Source: Coprobacter sp.
GTDB taxonomy: Bacteria; Bacteroidota; Bacteroidia; Bacteroidales; Coprobacteraceae
Reading direction: 5' to 3'
NCBI GenBank assembly: GCA_022511245.1
Contig: JAFLRV010000001.1
Span: 5,788 to 69,787 of the forward strand
Length of the DNA: 64,000 bases
Below the pieces are notes generated by a model. The model saw nothing but the letters and a program-made list of their open reading frames with translations, did not search any database and was not told where the DNA came from. Positions 20,196 to 30,266 of the stretch are shown here, piece after piece; within the stretch, counting starts at the first letter, position 1; each line of letters starts with the position of its first letter. The translations under genes were made by a program, and so were the position numbers.

Positions 20196-20612
20196 TTATT
20201 TTACGACCACTTCACGGGAACCGTCTTCCTGCTCGGTAATGTATACCTCGACACAATCGCCGGGCAGCAGCTCCTCGATTTTTTCGGGCCACTCGATAAA
20301 GCATAGGGCCCCGCTGTAAAAATAGTCTTCGTATCCGAAGTCGAACACCTCTTCGATTTTATTGATGCGGTAAAAGTCGAAATGATATATCAGTTCGGCA
20401 CTCCGCGAACGGTATTCGTTCACAATGGCAAATGTGGGGCTGTTAATGACATCCTCCACTCCGAGTTCTTCACAAACGGCTTTGATAAAGGTAGTTTTAC
20501 CGGCTCCCATCGAGCCCCGAAAGGCAAAAACCGTATTGTCTCCCATTATCCGGATAAAGGCCTGTGCGGCCTCCCGGATGTGTTCCGGCGATTCTATGCG
20601 TATTGTTTCCAC
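20196..20612 (-). CDS. tsaE: tRNA threonylcarbamoyladenosine biosynthesis ATPase TsaE
   Basis: 138 aa with P-loop [20 protein letters not shown] and [10 protein letters not shown]. The start codon is GTG. Confidence 0.85.
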   Translation of the reverse strand: METIRIESPEHIREAAQAFIRIMGDNTVFAFRGSMGAGKTTFIKAVCEELGVEDVINSPTFAIVNEYRSRSAELIYHFDFYRINKIEEVFDFGYEDYFYSGALCFIEWPEKIEELLPGDCVEVYITEQEDGSREVVVK

Positions 20613-20616
20613 TTGT

Positions 20617-22158
20617 TTATTTTCGTTTCATGGTGACCAGCGGTATCATCATCTCTTCCATCGAGATGCCGCCATGCTGAAATGTATCTTTATAATATCC
20701 TACGTAATAATTGTAATTGTTGGGATAGGCCAGAAAATCCCGCCCGGTGGCAAAGATATAGGCCGAACTGACATTGGGCGAGGGCAGTCCGAAGCGTTCG
20801 GGCGTTTTGATTTCGTACACCTGCTTGGGATTGTAGCTCATGTTCTTGCCCACTTTGTAACGGAGATTGGTATTGGTGTTGCGGTCAGAGATGACTTTGA
20901 CCGGATTGTCGACATGGATGGTTCCGTGATCGGTCGTCAGAACGACCCGATAATCTTTCTCGGCGATTTTGCGGAACAAATCGAGCGCCGACGAATGCCG
21001 GAACCACGACTCGGTGAGCGACCGGTAGGCGGCATCGGTATAGGCCAGCTCCCGAATCATTTTCGACTCGGTGCGGGCGTGCGAAAGCATATCGATGAAG
21101 TTGAGCACGCACACGTTGAGCGGATGCCGCTCCAGCTGCGAAAAGTTCTGGATAACCTTTTCCCCGAACTGCGACTCGTTGATTTTGTTGTAGGAGAAGG
21201 TGTATTTCTTGCGGAACCGGTCGAGCTGCGTCTGTATCAGCGGCGCTTCGTTGAGGTTCTTGCCCTCCTCCTCGTCCTCGTCGACCCACAGGTCGGGAAA
21301 CATCTTGGCGATTTTATCGGGCATCAGCCCCGAAAATATGGCGTTGCGGGCGTATTGCGTCGCCGTAGGCAATATACTGAAATAGAGCTCCTCGTCGAAG
21401 GTAAAATATTCGGAAAGAATGGGTTTGATTACCCGCCACTGGTCGAGTCGGAAATTATCTATCAGGATGAAAAACACCTTTTCCCCGTTATCGAGCAGCG
21501 GAAACACCCGGTTCTTGAACAACTCGTTGCTCAACAGCGGATGCTGTTCTGTCGTGACCCATTTCTCGTAATTTTTCTTCACGTATTTGACAAAAGCCGA
21601 ATTGGCTTCCATTTTCTGCATCTTCAGCAAATCGGCCATGCTGCTGTCGGCCTGCGCCAGTTCCAGCTCCCAGAACACCAGTTTCTTATATATCTCGTAC
21701 CAGTCGTCCCAATGCGCCGCATCGTTGATTTGCATTCCTATCCGGTTGAACTCCTGCTGATAATTGGAGGTCGTGTTCTCCGATATGATTTCACGGCGAT
21801 AGAGGTTTTTCTTTATCGACAGCAATATCTGGTTGGGATTGACCGGTTTAATCAGGTAATCGGCGATTTTGTTCCCGATGGCCTGATTCATGATATTCTC
21901 CTCCTCGCTTTTGGTAATCATGATTACAGGTACTTCGGGGGTAATCTCCTTGATACGGCTCAACGTCTCCAGACCGCTGAGACCGGGCATATTCTCATCC
22001 AGTATAATCAGGTCGAAATGCGCTTTTTCACACTGTTCCAGCGCATCGCGCCCGTTGGAAACGGTCACGACTTCGTATCCTTTCTGCGTCAGAAACAAAA
22101 TATGCGGCTTCAGCAAATCGATTTCATCATCGGCCCAAAGTATCAGCTCTTTTCCCAT
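20617..22158 (-). CDS. porX: PorX-type response regulator with PglZ/alkaline-phosphatase-like domain (T9SS regulator)
   Basis: 513 aa. CheY receiver ([11 protein letters not shown]...[14 protein letters not shown]...KP) fused to a roughly 380-aa PglZ-like domain. This is the PorX architecture. Confidence 0.8.
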   Translation of the reverse strand: MGKELILWADDEIDLLKPHILFLTQKGYEVVTVSNGRDALEQCEKAHFDLIILDENMPGLSGLETLSRIKEITPEVPVIMITKSEEENIMNQAIGNKIADYLIKPVNPNQILLSIKKNLYRREIISENTTSNYQQEFNRIGMQINDAAHWDDWYEIYKKLVFWELELAQADSSMADLLKMQKMEANSAFVKYVKKNYEKWVTTEQHPLLSNELFKNRVFPLLDNGEKVFFILIDNFRLDQWRVIKPILSEYFTFDEELYFSILPTATQYARNAIFSGLMPDKIAKMFPDLWVDEDEEEGKNLNEAPLIQTQLDRFRKKYTFSYNKINESQFGEKVIQNFSQLERHPLNVCVLNFIDMLSHARTESKMIRELAYTDAAYRSLTESWFRHSSALDLFRKIAEKDYRVVLTTDHGTIHVDNPVKVISDRNTNTNLRYKVGKNMSYNPKQVYEIKTPERFGLPSPNVSSAYIFATGRDFLAYPNNYNYYVGYYKDTFQHGGISMEEMMIPLVTMKRK

Positions 22159-22161
22159 AAT

Positions 22162-24927
22162 TTATTGATTCTCTTCCATAAAGTTAAAATAATCTTCAAA
22201 ACTGCGGCCTTCGAACAGCAGTTTGAAATTGGTGTCGCTTATCATCACCGGCCGCACACCGTCGGGCAGCGTCACGCCATTTTCACCCTCCAGCATACTC
22301 CGGTAATGCATTAATTCATCAAAGTTATTAAATCCTTTGACAACCAACATACTGATTTCGTTAAAGGAAATTATTTCCAGGTCGAAATCTTTAATCAGGA
22401 AGTTGGAGAAGTTGTATTTGGCCACATCGAACAGCAGGCGGTTCGACAGCATCGCATCGGTTTCGTAGACCAAAACCAACGAATGGGGAACGTCCTTGTC
22501 GAGGATGAACGGAGCGACCGAATCCTCGTCGGAGAGGGCATTTTCGCCGCCCAGCGACATCGTCCATATCATGCCTTTCGGCGCCCCGCCGTCGGTGGCG
22601 ATGGTCCGTCCTTGCGCCAACCCTTTCAACATGCCCGATGCGACAGGACTGACATCGGCATCGGGATAGCGCTCCAGCAGCTCTTTCAAACCGGATTGGA
22701 AAGCATCGATATTTTTCTCGCCGATGTAGGAAAGGGCATCGAGGAACATGAATTTCGGCATCAGATCGGACAACGGATATTTGCGCGCCACCTCCTTGTA
22801 GCACTCGTGCACCGTCCGGGTGTCGTTGGCCAGATAGGCCTCATACGCCCGATTATACAGCACCTCCTGCATAACGCCCATGTTTTTCAGGTTCTCCAGA
22901 TAATCGGGATTGGCCATCGCCAGCGCATAATCGCTGCCGGGATAGCGGCCAATCAGGCGGTTTTTGTACACATTGGCCATCGTTTCGTTACCCATGCGCA
23001 TGTAAATCAGGTACATGTTATAATACATCTCCAGCAGGTACTCGCTGTCGGGAAAACGGCGCTCCAGTTCATTGAACGAAGCGATAGCGGCCGACATATC
23101 TTCCAGTTTGTTTTTCAGAATCAATCCCATGTTGAACAGCCCGTCCGAAATAATCTCGTTGGAAACCGCTATGTCTTCGGGGGTCAACGGCAGCTGCTGT
23201 ACATAGAACTGCGGGTCTTTCGGGTCTGACGACAAGGGATTCTGCACATCGGCCGTTCCGGCTCCGGAGGCATCGGCCAAATCCCGTTCGTCGCCGGGCC
23301 CGGAGTCGTCGTAGTCGATATTGTTGTCGACAAAATCACTCATCGAGAACGAGGCTTTGTTGCGGCGGCGCCAGTCATCTTCCAGCTTGCGCTTTCCCCA
23401 TTTGCGCTGGAACTCGACCTTTCCGGCCGAAACCATAGCCTGATTGTAGAAATACCACGCATTGCTGCCGTTACCCATATTCATCGACGGCACCGTCGGC
23501 AGCTTCGCATTGCTTTGCAGCATCTCCACGCCCTGCTGCGATTCGAGATAGGCCCGACGTTTTTCCTCTTCCTCGATTCTCTTTTCTTCGGCTATCAAAT
23601 CGTCTATGATTTTCTGAATCACCTTCATTCGTTCCGGTTCGGGCAGCGAGGCCAGATGCTGCAGGCTGTCTTGCAGCTCGACATTCCCGGCGTGCACGGC
23701 CAATTCGTCCAGTACGGCCGAACGTTTCGCTATATCGCTGTATCCGGGATAATCTTCGCCCAGCAACGGCAAAGCCTCTGCATAACAGGGCTGCGCTTTC
23801 ACATATTCCCGCCGGTCGAAATAAATACGTCCCAACGTCAGCTGGCTGATGGCCTTGTCTTTTCCCTGCCGGGAGCTTTTCTCAGCAGCCAAAATATAAT
23901 TGGCGATGGCTTGGGTCGTATCTTTTTCGGCCAGATACAGATTGCCGATAGCGTAATAAATCTGGTCCAGATAGGGTTCATTTTTGGCCTGCCGGGTCAT
24001 CCGGGTCAGATTTTTCATGACCTTTTCCCGGTCTCCGCCCGCAAACACTTCGGTCTGCCGGATGCGGGCATTCAGTTCGGTGCGGTAAGCCGGACCCATT
24101 TTGATAACCTGCTCGTAGGCCGCATAAGCCGCATTGTTTTCTCCGGTCAACGTATACAGTTGCGCCAGAAGATAGGTCATGCGAATCTTCTGCCGCTTGT
24201 TGCTCTCGGCCTTGATGGCCGTCTGCAGAAACGGAATCGCCTGCCGGTACTCCCCTTTCCGAATCAGGTAGTCGGCATTCACGGTGGCAAACCGCTCCTG
24301 CTGGCTGTCGGGCAACCCATCGTTGTTGATTTTCTGCAACACCTCCTCTGCCTCATACAGCCAACCCATATCGAGATAGCAGCGGGCCAGCCACAGCCGG
24401 GACTCGGCAACCAGATCGGGCTTCCATGTAAAATGGCGGGCAATATAAACGAAGGTCGCCGAAGCGCCCAGAAAATCGCCGTTAAAATACTGGGACTTGC
24501 CCATCAGCAGCCAAGCGTTGTGTATAAAGGGATTGTATTCGTCCCGGCTGATAAACTCCCGATATTTGGGGTTCGACATCTGGTTGCTGTTGCGCACCGG
24601 TTTTTTCTTGATGGAATGGAGCTGTATGGCCTTCTGGCTCTTTTCAATCGCCCGGTCGAAATTGCCGCCGGGATCATTGTCGGAAGGACTGGCATAGGCC
24701 GATACCGGATGCATGTAAATCCGCTCCCGTGTGTAATCGTCCTCGTAATTGTCCTCCATTGTCTTGAGCTGCTCCTTGAAGCTCTCGGCACCGTTAAAAT
24801 AGACGTTGTAACGGGTAGTCAGCGCATGATAGGTCCGGGTAGCTCTCGTATTCTTCTTCACCGAACACGAAACCACCAGGAGCGAACATACGAACAGGAT
24901 AAATATGTAGCCCGGATATTTTCTCAA
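22162..24927 (-). CDS. porW: TPR-repeat lipoprotein, probable T9SS PorW/SprE
   Basis: 921 aa with a TTG start and lipobox LLVVSCSVKKNT followed by TRTYHALTTRYNVYFNG, as I recall for SprE/PorW. It has multiple TPR-like repeats and ends 3 nt upstream of porX. Confidence 0.55.
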   Translation of the reverse strand: MRKYPGYIFILFVCSLLVVSCSVKKNTRATRTYHALTTRYNVYFNGAESFKEQLKTMEDNYEDDYTRERIYMHPVSAYASPSDNDPGGNFDRAIEKSQKAIQLHSIKKKPVRNSNQMSNPKYREFISRDEYNPFIHNAWLLMGKSQYFNGDFLGASATFVYIARHFTWKPDLVAESRLWLARCYLDMGWLYEAEEVLQKINNDGLPDSQQERFATVNADYLIRKGEYRQAIPFLQTAIKAESNKRQKIRMTYLLAQLYTLTGENNAAYAAYEQVIKMGPAYRTELNARIRQTEVFAGGDREKVMKNLTRMTRQAKNEPYLDQIYYAIGNLYLAEKDTTQAIANYILAAEKSSRQGKDKAISQLTLGRIYFDRREYVKAQPCYAEALPLLGEDYPGYSDIAKRSAVLDELAVHAGNVELQDSLQHLASLPEPERMKVIQKIIDDLIAEEKRIEEEEKRRAYLESQQGVEMLQSNAKLPTVPSMNMGNGSNAWYFYNQAMVSAGKVEFQRKWGKRKLEDDWRRRNKASFSMSDFVDNNIDYDDSGPGDERDLADASGAGTADVQNPLSSDPKDPQFYVQQLPLTPEDIAVSNEIISDGLFNMGLILKNKLEDMSAAIASFNELERRFPDSEYLLEMYYNMYLIYMRMGNETMANVYKNRLIGRYPGSDYALAMANPDYLENLKNMGVMQEVLYNRAYEAYLANDTRTVHECYKEVARKYPLSDLMPKFMFLDALSYIGEKNIDAFQSGLKELLERYPDADVSPVASGMLKGLAQGRTIATDGGAPKGMIWTMSLGGENALSDEDSVAPFILDKDVPHSLVLVYETDAMLSNRLLFDVAKYNFSNFLIKDFDLEIISFNEISMLVVKGFNNFDELMHYRSMLEGENGVTLPDGVRPVMISDTNFKLLFEGRSFEDYFNFMEENQ

Positions 24928-25015
24928 CGATGCACTATTTTATTATTTCGAATCCTCATTAAATAAACAGACAAAAGGCCTTTTTATTGCCTTCCCGCAC
25001 CAAAAACTGCCCTTT

Positions 25016-25846
25016 TCACTGCCCTTCTTCCGGAGCGGCAAATGCCTTTTTCAGACCGACAGCCAACCGGGCCAGAACGTAAAAAACAACCAGCACGAAA
25101 ACGATGCAGGCTCCGGCGGGAACATTAAGTCCATACGAAATGAAAAGCCCCGACAGCCCGGCGACGACACCGACAGCGGCCGAAAACAGCAGAATATGGT
25201 GATACCGGTTGCAAAACAGGTCGGCAATCAGCTGGGGCATCGTCAGCAGCGACAACAGCAGCATAATGCCGACCAGCCGGATAGAAAGCACCACGCATAC
25301 GGCAATAAACAGGGTCATCCCATATTCGAAGAAACGAACGGCGACGTGCCGGGTAACGGCAAAATCCCGGTCGAAAGCGACATATACGATGCGGCGGTAA
25401 AACAGGAGGAAGAAAAGATACAACAGAGCGGTATATGAGGCATATATCCACAGGTCGGAGGTGGTTACCGTCAGAATGCTGCCGAACAAAAACTCGTTAA
25501 GGCCCGGCGTATAACCCGGTGTGAGAAAAATGAATATAATGCCGACCGCCATCCCCAGCGTCCAGAAAACGGCGATGGCCGAGTCTTCCCGGACACGGCT
25601 CCGCCGGGACATCCACTCCACGCCCAACGCCGACAGGACGGCAAAGCCGAGCGCAGTCACGACCGGATTGACGCCGAAAAAGAAACCCAGCCCCAGCCCG
25701 CCGAACGAGGCGTGGGTAATGCCGCCGGTAATAAAAACCAGCCGACGGGTCACCACATACGTTCCGATAACCGCTCCGGCCAGACTGATGAGCAGCACCG
25801 CCCAAACGGCATGCTGAAAAAATGAATAGTGAAATATCTCCTCCAT
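25016..25846 (-). CDS. metal ABC transporter permease (ZnuB/TroC-like), with no partner ATPase or binding protein nearby
   Basis: 276 aa, polytopic. LVFITGGITHASFGGLGLGFF is typical of the ABC-3 family. Confidence 0.8.
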   Translation of the reverse strand: MEEIFHYSFFQHAVWAVLLISLAGAVIGTYVVTRRLVFITGGITHASFGGLGLGFFFGVNPVVTALGFAVLSALGVEWMSRRSRVREDSAIAVFWTLGMAVGIIFIFLTPGYTPGLNEFLFGSILTVTTSDLWIYASYTALLYLFFLLFYRRIVYVAFDRDFAVTRHVAVRFFEYGMTLFIAVCVVLSIRLVGIMLLLSLLTMPQLIADLFCNRYHHILLFSAAVGVVAGLSGLFISYGLNVPAGACIVFVLVVFYVLARLAVGLKKAFAAPEEGQ

Positions 25847-25867
25847 GTGCCTTTCGTTTTTCTGTTT

Positions 25868-26278
25868 TCACCTCCGCCGTTCCCCGACAATCAGGACGAC
25901 TTCGTCTTTCAACGCATCGGGCAGCGACACGCCTCTCAGTTGCAGGCTGCGCACCCATCCGGCCACCTCGCTGCTGCGCAGCGTATACAGCACGTCAGCA
26001 AACAGAGCCGTCTCTCCGGAGGTATAGGAATCGGACGGACGACCTTGAAAAACATCCAGTTCCTCATCGTCGTAATATACGATTTCCTGCCCGGCGGCAG
26101 CCAGCAAACTCTCTTTTTCGCAAACGGCATGCAGCCCGCAACACGTTTCGGCATCCGGTTCTTCGGCCCGGTTCTGCTCTTCGGCGGAAATTCCGTTTTT
26201 CCGGATATACCTGCGTTGCAAAAAGGCGGCAACGATACCCAGACATACGATAGAAAGCGGTATCCAGACAAAAATCAT
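25868..26278 (-). CDS. hypothetical single-pass membrane protein
   Basis: 136 aa. N-terminal TM helix MIFVWIPLSIVCLGIVAAFL, a CCGLHAVC cluster and an acidic soluble tail. ATGA overlap with aroA. Confidence 0.5.
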   Translation of the reverse strand: MIFVWIPLSIVCLGIVAAFLQRRYIRKNGISAEEQNRAEEPDAETCCGLHAVCEKESLLAAAGQEIVYYDDEELDVFQGRPSDSYTSGETALFADVLYTLRSSEVAGWVRSLQLRGVSLPDALKDEVVLIVGERRR

Positions 26279-27498
26279 AACTCTTTCATTTTAAATCCCG
26301 CCGACGCCAGATGCTGCCAGAACGACGGATACGACTTGTTCACCACTTCGGGATGACGAATCACCACCGACCCGGTCACTGCCGAAACCGGAGCGAACGC
26401 CATCGCCATGCGGTGGTCGTCATAGGTATCGACAACAGGGGAAGTCTCCGGGACGCACCGTTCGCCCGACCACTGCAAAACCGAATCGTCGACATCGGTG
26501 ATGAGGTAGCCCCATTTCTTCAGCTCGGTTTTCAAGGCAGCCATGCGGTCCGTTTCTTTTATTCTCAGACTCTGGAGGCCGGTAAACCGGAACGGGATTC
26601 CTTTTAGGGCACAGGTCACCACGAGGGTCTGCGCCAAATCGGGCTGGTCGGTCAGGTCGACATTCATCTCCCTGCACACCGGGCCGTCCCGCCGGATGCG
26701 GACACCACCGTCGACATAACGGGTGGAGACGCCTAACGGACGGAAATAGTCTGCGATGGCGGCATCGCCCTGCGTACTGTCGGACTGCAACCCTGCCAGT
26801 TCAAATTCCGCATCGGGCAGCAGGGCCGCCATTTCGTACCAGTACGAGGCCGCCGACCAATCCGACTCGACCGTAAAAGGAACCGGCCGGTAAGTGCCGG
26901 GAGCAATCGCAATCACATTTCCGCTCCACCGGGACCCGACACCGAAAATCTCCATCAGGCGAAGGGTCATGGCGATATAGGGTTTCGAAATAATGCGGCC
27001 CGTCAAGGTGAGTTCCAGCCCCTTCTGCATACAGGGGGCTGTCATCAGCAGAGCCGATATATACTGCGAACTGACATTTCCCTCCAACTCCAGTTTGCCG
27101 CCGGTCAACGGCCGGCCATATATCTTCAGCGGAGGGAATCCCTCGTTTTCGGCATATTCGATTCGGCCGCCCAGCAGACACAGGGCATCGACCAGCAGCC
27201 GTATCGGCCGCTGTTTCATCCGGGCCGAACCGGTCAATTCCCATTCGCCCGGTTTTTGCGACAGAAAAGCGGTCATAAAACGCATGGCCGTACCGGCAGC
27301 ATGAATGTCGAAACAGGTGCTCCCGGAACGCAGCGCCTCCACCATAACGCAGGTGTCGTCGCAATCGGAGAGATTGCCCACAGCATAGGGGCTGCGGCTT
27401 AACGCATTCAGAATCAAAATCCGGTTGCTGATGCTTTTGGAGGCCGGCAGCATAATGCGGGCCACACTTTTATCGGGAGCGAAAACCTGTAAACTCAT
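26275..27498 (-). CDS. aroA: 3-phosphoshikimate 1-carboxyvinyltransferase (EPSP synthase)
   Basis: 407 aa with LPASKSISNRILIL, AGTAMRF and RIKETDRMAAL motifs. Confidence 0.92.
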   Translation of the reverse strand: MSLQVFAPDKSVARIMLPASKSISNRILILNALSRSPYAVGNLSDCDDTCVMVEALRSGSTCFDIHAAGTAMRFMTAFLSQKPGEWELTGSARMKQRPIRLLVDALCLLGGRIEYAENEGFPPLKIYGRPLTGGKLELEGNVSSQYISALLMTAPCMQKGLELTLTGRIISKPYIAMTLRLMEIFGVGSRWSGNVIAIAPGTYRPVPFTVESDWSAASYWYEMAALLPDAEFELAGLQSDSTQGDAAIADYFRPLGVSTRYVDGGVRIRRDGPVCREMNVDLTDQPDLAQTLVVTCALKGIPFRFTGLQSLRIKETDRMAALKTELKKWGYLITDVDDSVLQWSGERCVPETSPVVDTYDDHRMAMAFAPVSAVTGSVVIRHPEVVNKSYPSFWQHLASAGFKMKEL

Positions 27499-27571
27499 CT
27501 CTGATGTACTTCTTTTTATGTTCCTGCCCTACAAAAATAACAAAAAATATCCGATATAAAAACAGGCGGGG

Positions 27572-28342
27572 TCAGTCGGTCCACCCGAACAACCGGGCCG
27601 CATTGCGGGTCGTGTGTTCGTCCAGTTCCGGAAGGGAGACCTGCAGCACATCGGCCAGATACTTCGCCGTAGCCGTTATGTAGGCCGGTTCGTTCCGTTT
27701 CCCCCGAAAAGGCACCGGCGACAGATAAGGGGCATCGGTCTCCAGCAACAGCCGGTGCAGGCCGATTTCCCGAACGACATCGTCGATATGCACATTTTTA
27801 AACGTGACCACCCCGTTGATTCCGAAACAGAAATCACCGGCAGCGGCAATCACCGCCACATCGTCGACCGTTCCGGCAAAACTGTGGAAAACACCCCGCA
27901 TCGGGAGCGGTTTCAGCTCTTCCAGCACCTGCAGCATCTCCGGCATGGCTTCCCGGCAATGGATAATCACCGGCAGATTTTTTTCCGAAGCCCGTATCAT
28001 CTGCTGTTTCAGGGCATCGATTTGCTCGGCGGCATAGGTTTTATCCCAATACAAATCCAGCCCGATTTCCCCCACCGCACAGTACGCCCCCTCGTCGAGC
28101 AGCCGGAAAACGGCATCGAGAGTCTGCCGGTAACCGTCGTCGACCGATGTAGGATGCAGCCCCATAGCCGGAAGACAAAAACCGGGATACTGCGCCACCG
28201 TCTCGGTCAGCGGCTGCACCGTCGTCAAATCGACATTGGGCAGCACCAGCCGGGTGAGACCGGCCTCCCGTGCCCGGCCGACAACGGCCTCCCGGTCGGC
28301 ATCGAACTCCGGCAGATAGATATGGGTATGGGTATCAACCAT
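27572..28342 (-). CDS. TatD family metal-dependent hydrolase
   Basis: Start moved to MVDTHTHIYLPEFDADR (HxH motif). Also IGEIGLDLYW and IIHCREA. Confidence 0.85.
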   Translation of the reverse strand: MVDTHTHIYLPEFDADREAVVGRAREAGLTRLVLPNVDLTTVQPLTETVAQYPGFCLPAMGLHPTSVDDGYRQTLDAVFRLLDEGAYCAVGEIGLDLYWDKTYAAEQIDALKQQMIRASEKNLPVIIHCREAMPEMLQVLEELKPLPMRGVFHSFAGTVDDVAVIAAAGDFCFGINGVVTFKNVHIDDVVREIGLHRLLLETDAPYLSPVPFRGKRNEPAYITATAKYLADVLQVSLPELDEHTTRNAARLFGWTD

Positions 28343-29030
28343 TCTTCTCTTTTTTGCGAAGATAATAGATAACGCCGTATTCCCGGCACCGTTCCAGCCG
28401 TTCGGCCTCCGGCAGCGACGCAAAACGGGCTTCTACCTGGTTCCAGATTTCGAGAATGATTTTATCGGCCTCCTCCCGCATCTGAGCGAGCGCCTGCAAC
28501 GATTTGGCGGTGTTCGCCATAGCGTTTTTCCGGGCATTGAACGCCTCCCGGAAAATCTCATAATGTACCGAAACTTTGGCAATGGCCGGATTGTAAATGG
28601 GAGTTCCCCGCTGCTGTATCCGCAGGTTTTCTCCTTTAATAATCTTCTCGCCCCACTGCAAAACGGCATTCTCGCCGGTTAAATCGGGAACGGTAAAACG
28701 TTCCGGCGACAAACCGTACAACCCGGCGACGGCGGGCCGAATCTCATTCCTCATCATGCACATGCCCAAAACCTGAATAAAATGAGAAATGTACATGCGG
28801 GCATTGCGCAGGTTGGTCTGATATTTGCCGTTGTCCTTGACCTGCGCATGCATATTCTGGTGATAAAGCGCATGGGCCGACTTGAAACGGGGCAAAAAAC
28901 TTTTCACTTCATTGACAATACGGAACGACAGCACCGGCTGAGGTCCGAATGCGGCCTCCTCTTTGCGGAGGATACACTCCAGCGAGCGTATCCGGGCACT
29001 GTCTGTATTCGGTAACCGACGATATGGCAT
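28335..29030 (-). CDS. conserved-looking hypothetical protein, no family recognised
   Basis: 231 aa, MPYRRLPNTDSARIRSLECIL..., helical with no signal peptide. Its stop overlaps the tatD start by 8 nt. Confidence 0.5.
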   Translation of the reverse strand: MPYRRLPNTDSARIRSLECILRKEEAAFGPQPVLSFRIVNEVKSFLPRFKSAHALYHQNMHAQVKDNGKYQTNLRNARMYISHFIQVLGMCMMRNEIRPAVAGLYGLSPERFTVPDLTGENAVLQWGEKIIKGENLRIQQRGTPIYNPAIAKVSVHYEIFREAFNARKNAMANTAKSLQALAQMREEADKIILEIWNQVEARFASLPEAERLERCREYGVIYYLRKKEKNG

Positions 29031-29044
29031 GTTTCTTCTGTTTT

Positions 29045-30034
29045 TTAATGTTCACGATACATCAGCCCGGCGGCCAGCTGCTGCAGCTGTTTTTTACATT
29101 CGACGTCTTTCACCTCCACCGAATCGAGGCATTCGCAAGCGCTGACATAATAGGATTGCATGGTCTGCTCACAAAGTTCCCGAATTCCCAGCCGGTCGTA
29201 CAGGGCCGTCACAGCGGCAATTTTCTCTCCGGCATCGGGCGACGTACAGGAGAGCCAGTGCAACAGCTCGTCCCGGTCTTTGCCCTGCGCCCGTTTCAGG
29301 GCGTTGACCAGCAGATAGGTTTTCTTGTTGTTCAGGATATCCCCTCCGATTTTCTTGCCGAATACGGCGGCATCGCCATATACGTCCAAATAATCGTCCT
29401 TGAGCTGGAAAGCCAGTCCGATATCGACGCCGAACCGGTACAGCTTTTCGGCCGCCTCAGCACCCGACCGGGCGACAACGGCTCCCGTCTGCAAAGCGCA
29501 GCCCAGCAAAACAGCCGTCTTCAGGCGTATCATATTCAGATACTCCTCTTCCGAGACATCGGTGCGCTCCTCAAACTCCATATCGAACTGCTGCCCTTCA
29601 CATATTTCGATAGCGGTACGGGAAAAGAGTTCGAGCACTTCCCGCAGGCAGGAATCGGGGGTTTTCAACAACTGGGTATACGCCAGTATCTGCATCGCAT
29701 CTCCCGACAGAATCGCCGTATTTTCGCTCCAGACCTTGTGTACGACCGGTTTTCCCCGACGCAACTCGGCTTTGTCCATCACATCGTCGTGCAGCAGCGT
29801 GAAATTGTGAAATATTTCTATACCCAACGCCGGAGCCAGAGCCGCCCGGCAATCGGCCCCGAACATCTCACAGGCCAGCAAAGCCAGCAAGGGACGAATC
29901 CGCTTTCCGCCCAAAGAGAGTTCATACCGGACAGGTGCATACAACTCGTCCGGATGCGCCGGATAAGCGATTTCCGACAAGCCTTTGTTGATTATTTCGA
30001 TATATTGTTCAATCGATTTCATTCTCTTTCTCAT
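29045..30034 (-). CDS. polyprenyl diphosphate synthase family protein
   Basis: 329 aa. First and second Asp-rich motifs LLHDDVMDKAELRRG and FQLKDDYLD. Confidence 0.85.
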   Translation of the reverse strand: MRKRMKSIEQYIEIINKGLSEIAYPAHPDELYAPVRYELSLGGKRIRPLLALLACEMFGADCRAALAPALGIEIFHNFTLLHDDVMDKAELRRGKPVVHKVWSENTAILSGDAMQILAYTQLLKTPDSCLREVLELFSRTAIEICEGQQFDMEFEERTDVSEEEYLNMIRLKTAVLLGCALQTGAVVARSGAEAAEKLYRFGVDIGLAFQLKDDYLDVYGDAAVFGKKIGGDILNNKKTYLLVNALKRAQGKDRDELLHWLSCTSPDAGEKIAAVTALYDRLGIRELCEQTMQSYYVSACECLDSVEVKDVECKKQLQQLAAGLMYREH

Positions 30035-30234
30035 TTGGAGGGTTCAAAAATACATCTTTTTCATGACTTTATAAAAAAATAAACGGAAAAGGTCGCCGGA
30101 ACAGAGGATGACAGGCGGTGCAGCCAAAAAATTAACAAAGATAATCCCGTCCCGACATACAGTTTGCCCCCGTTTTTCCGTTATTAAGACAATGCTTTTA
30201 TATCCAGCTGTTTTTGACAACATGAAATAAAAGC

Positions 30235-30242
30235 TATATTTG
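30235..30242 (+). promoter_or_regulatory. TAnnTTTG -7 box upstream of porQ
   Basis: TATATTTG, 25 nt upstream of the ATG at 30267. It overlaps the track's TTG start at 30240, which argues for the later start. Confidence 0.45.
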
Positions 30243-30266
30243 TATCGGATAATTCTGTGTAACACC

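Noticed and set aside
20425-22314. 629-aa plus-strand ORF spanning tsaE, porX and the end of porW
   Set aside because: It is antisense to three genes with clear family signatures. Its composition (R/G/H/F/L/Q-rich, low complexity) is what the reverse frame of GC-rich coding DNA gives, and it has no motif. The same applies to 39544..41205 (antisense to pepD), 61185..62279 (antisense to proB), 10175..11323 (antisense to hisS), 8847..9797, 28949..30082, 33043..33831, 38119..39270 and 54548..55831.
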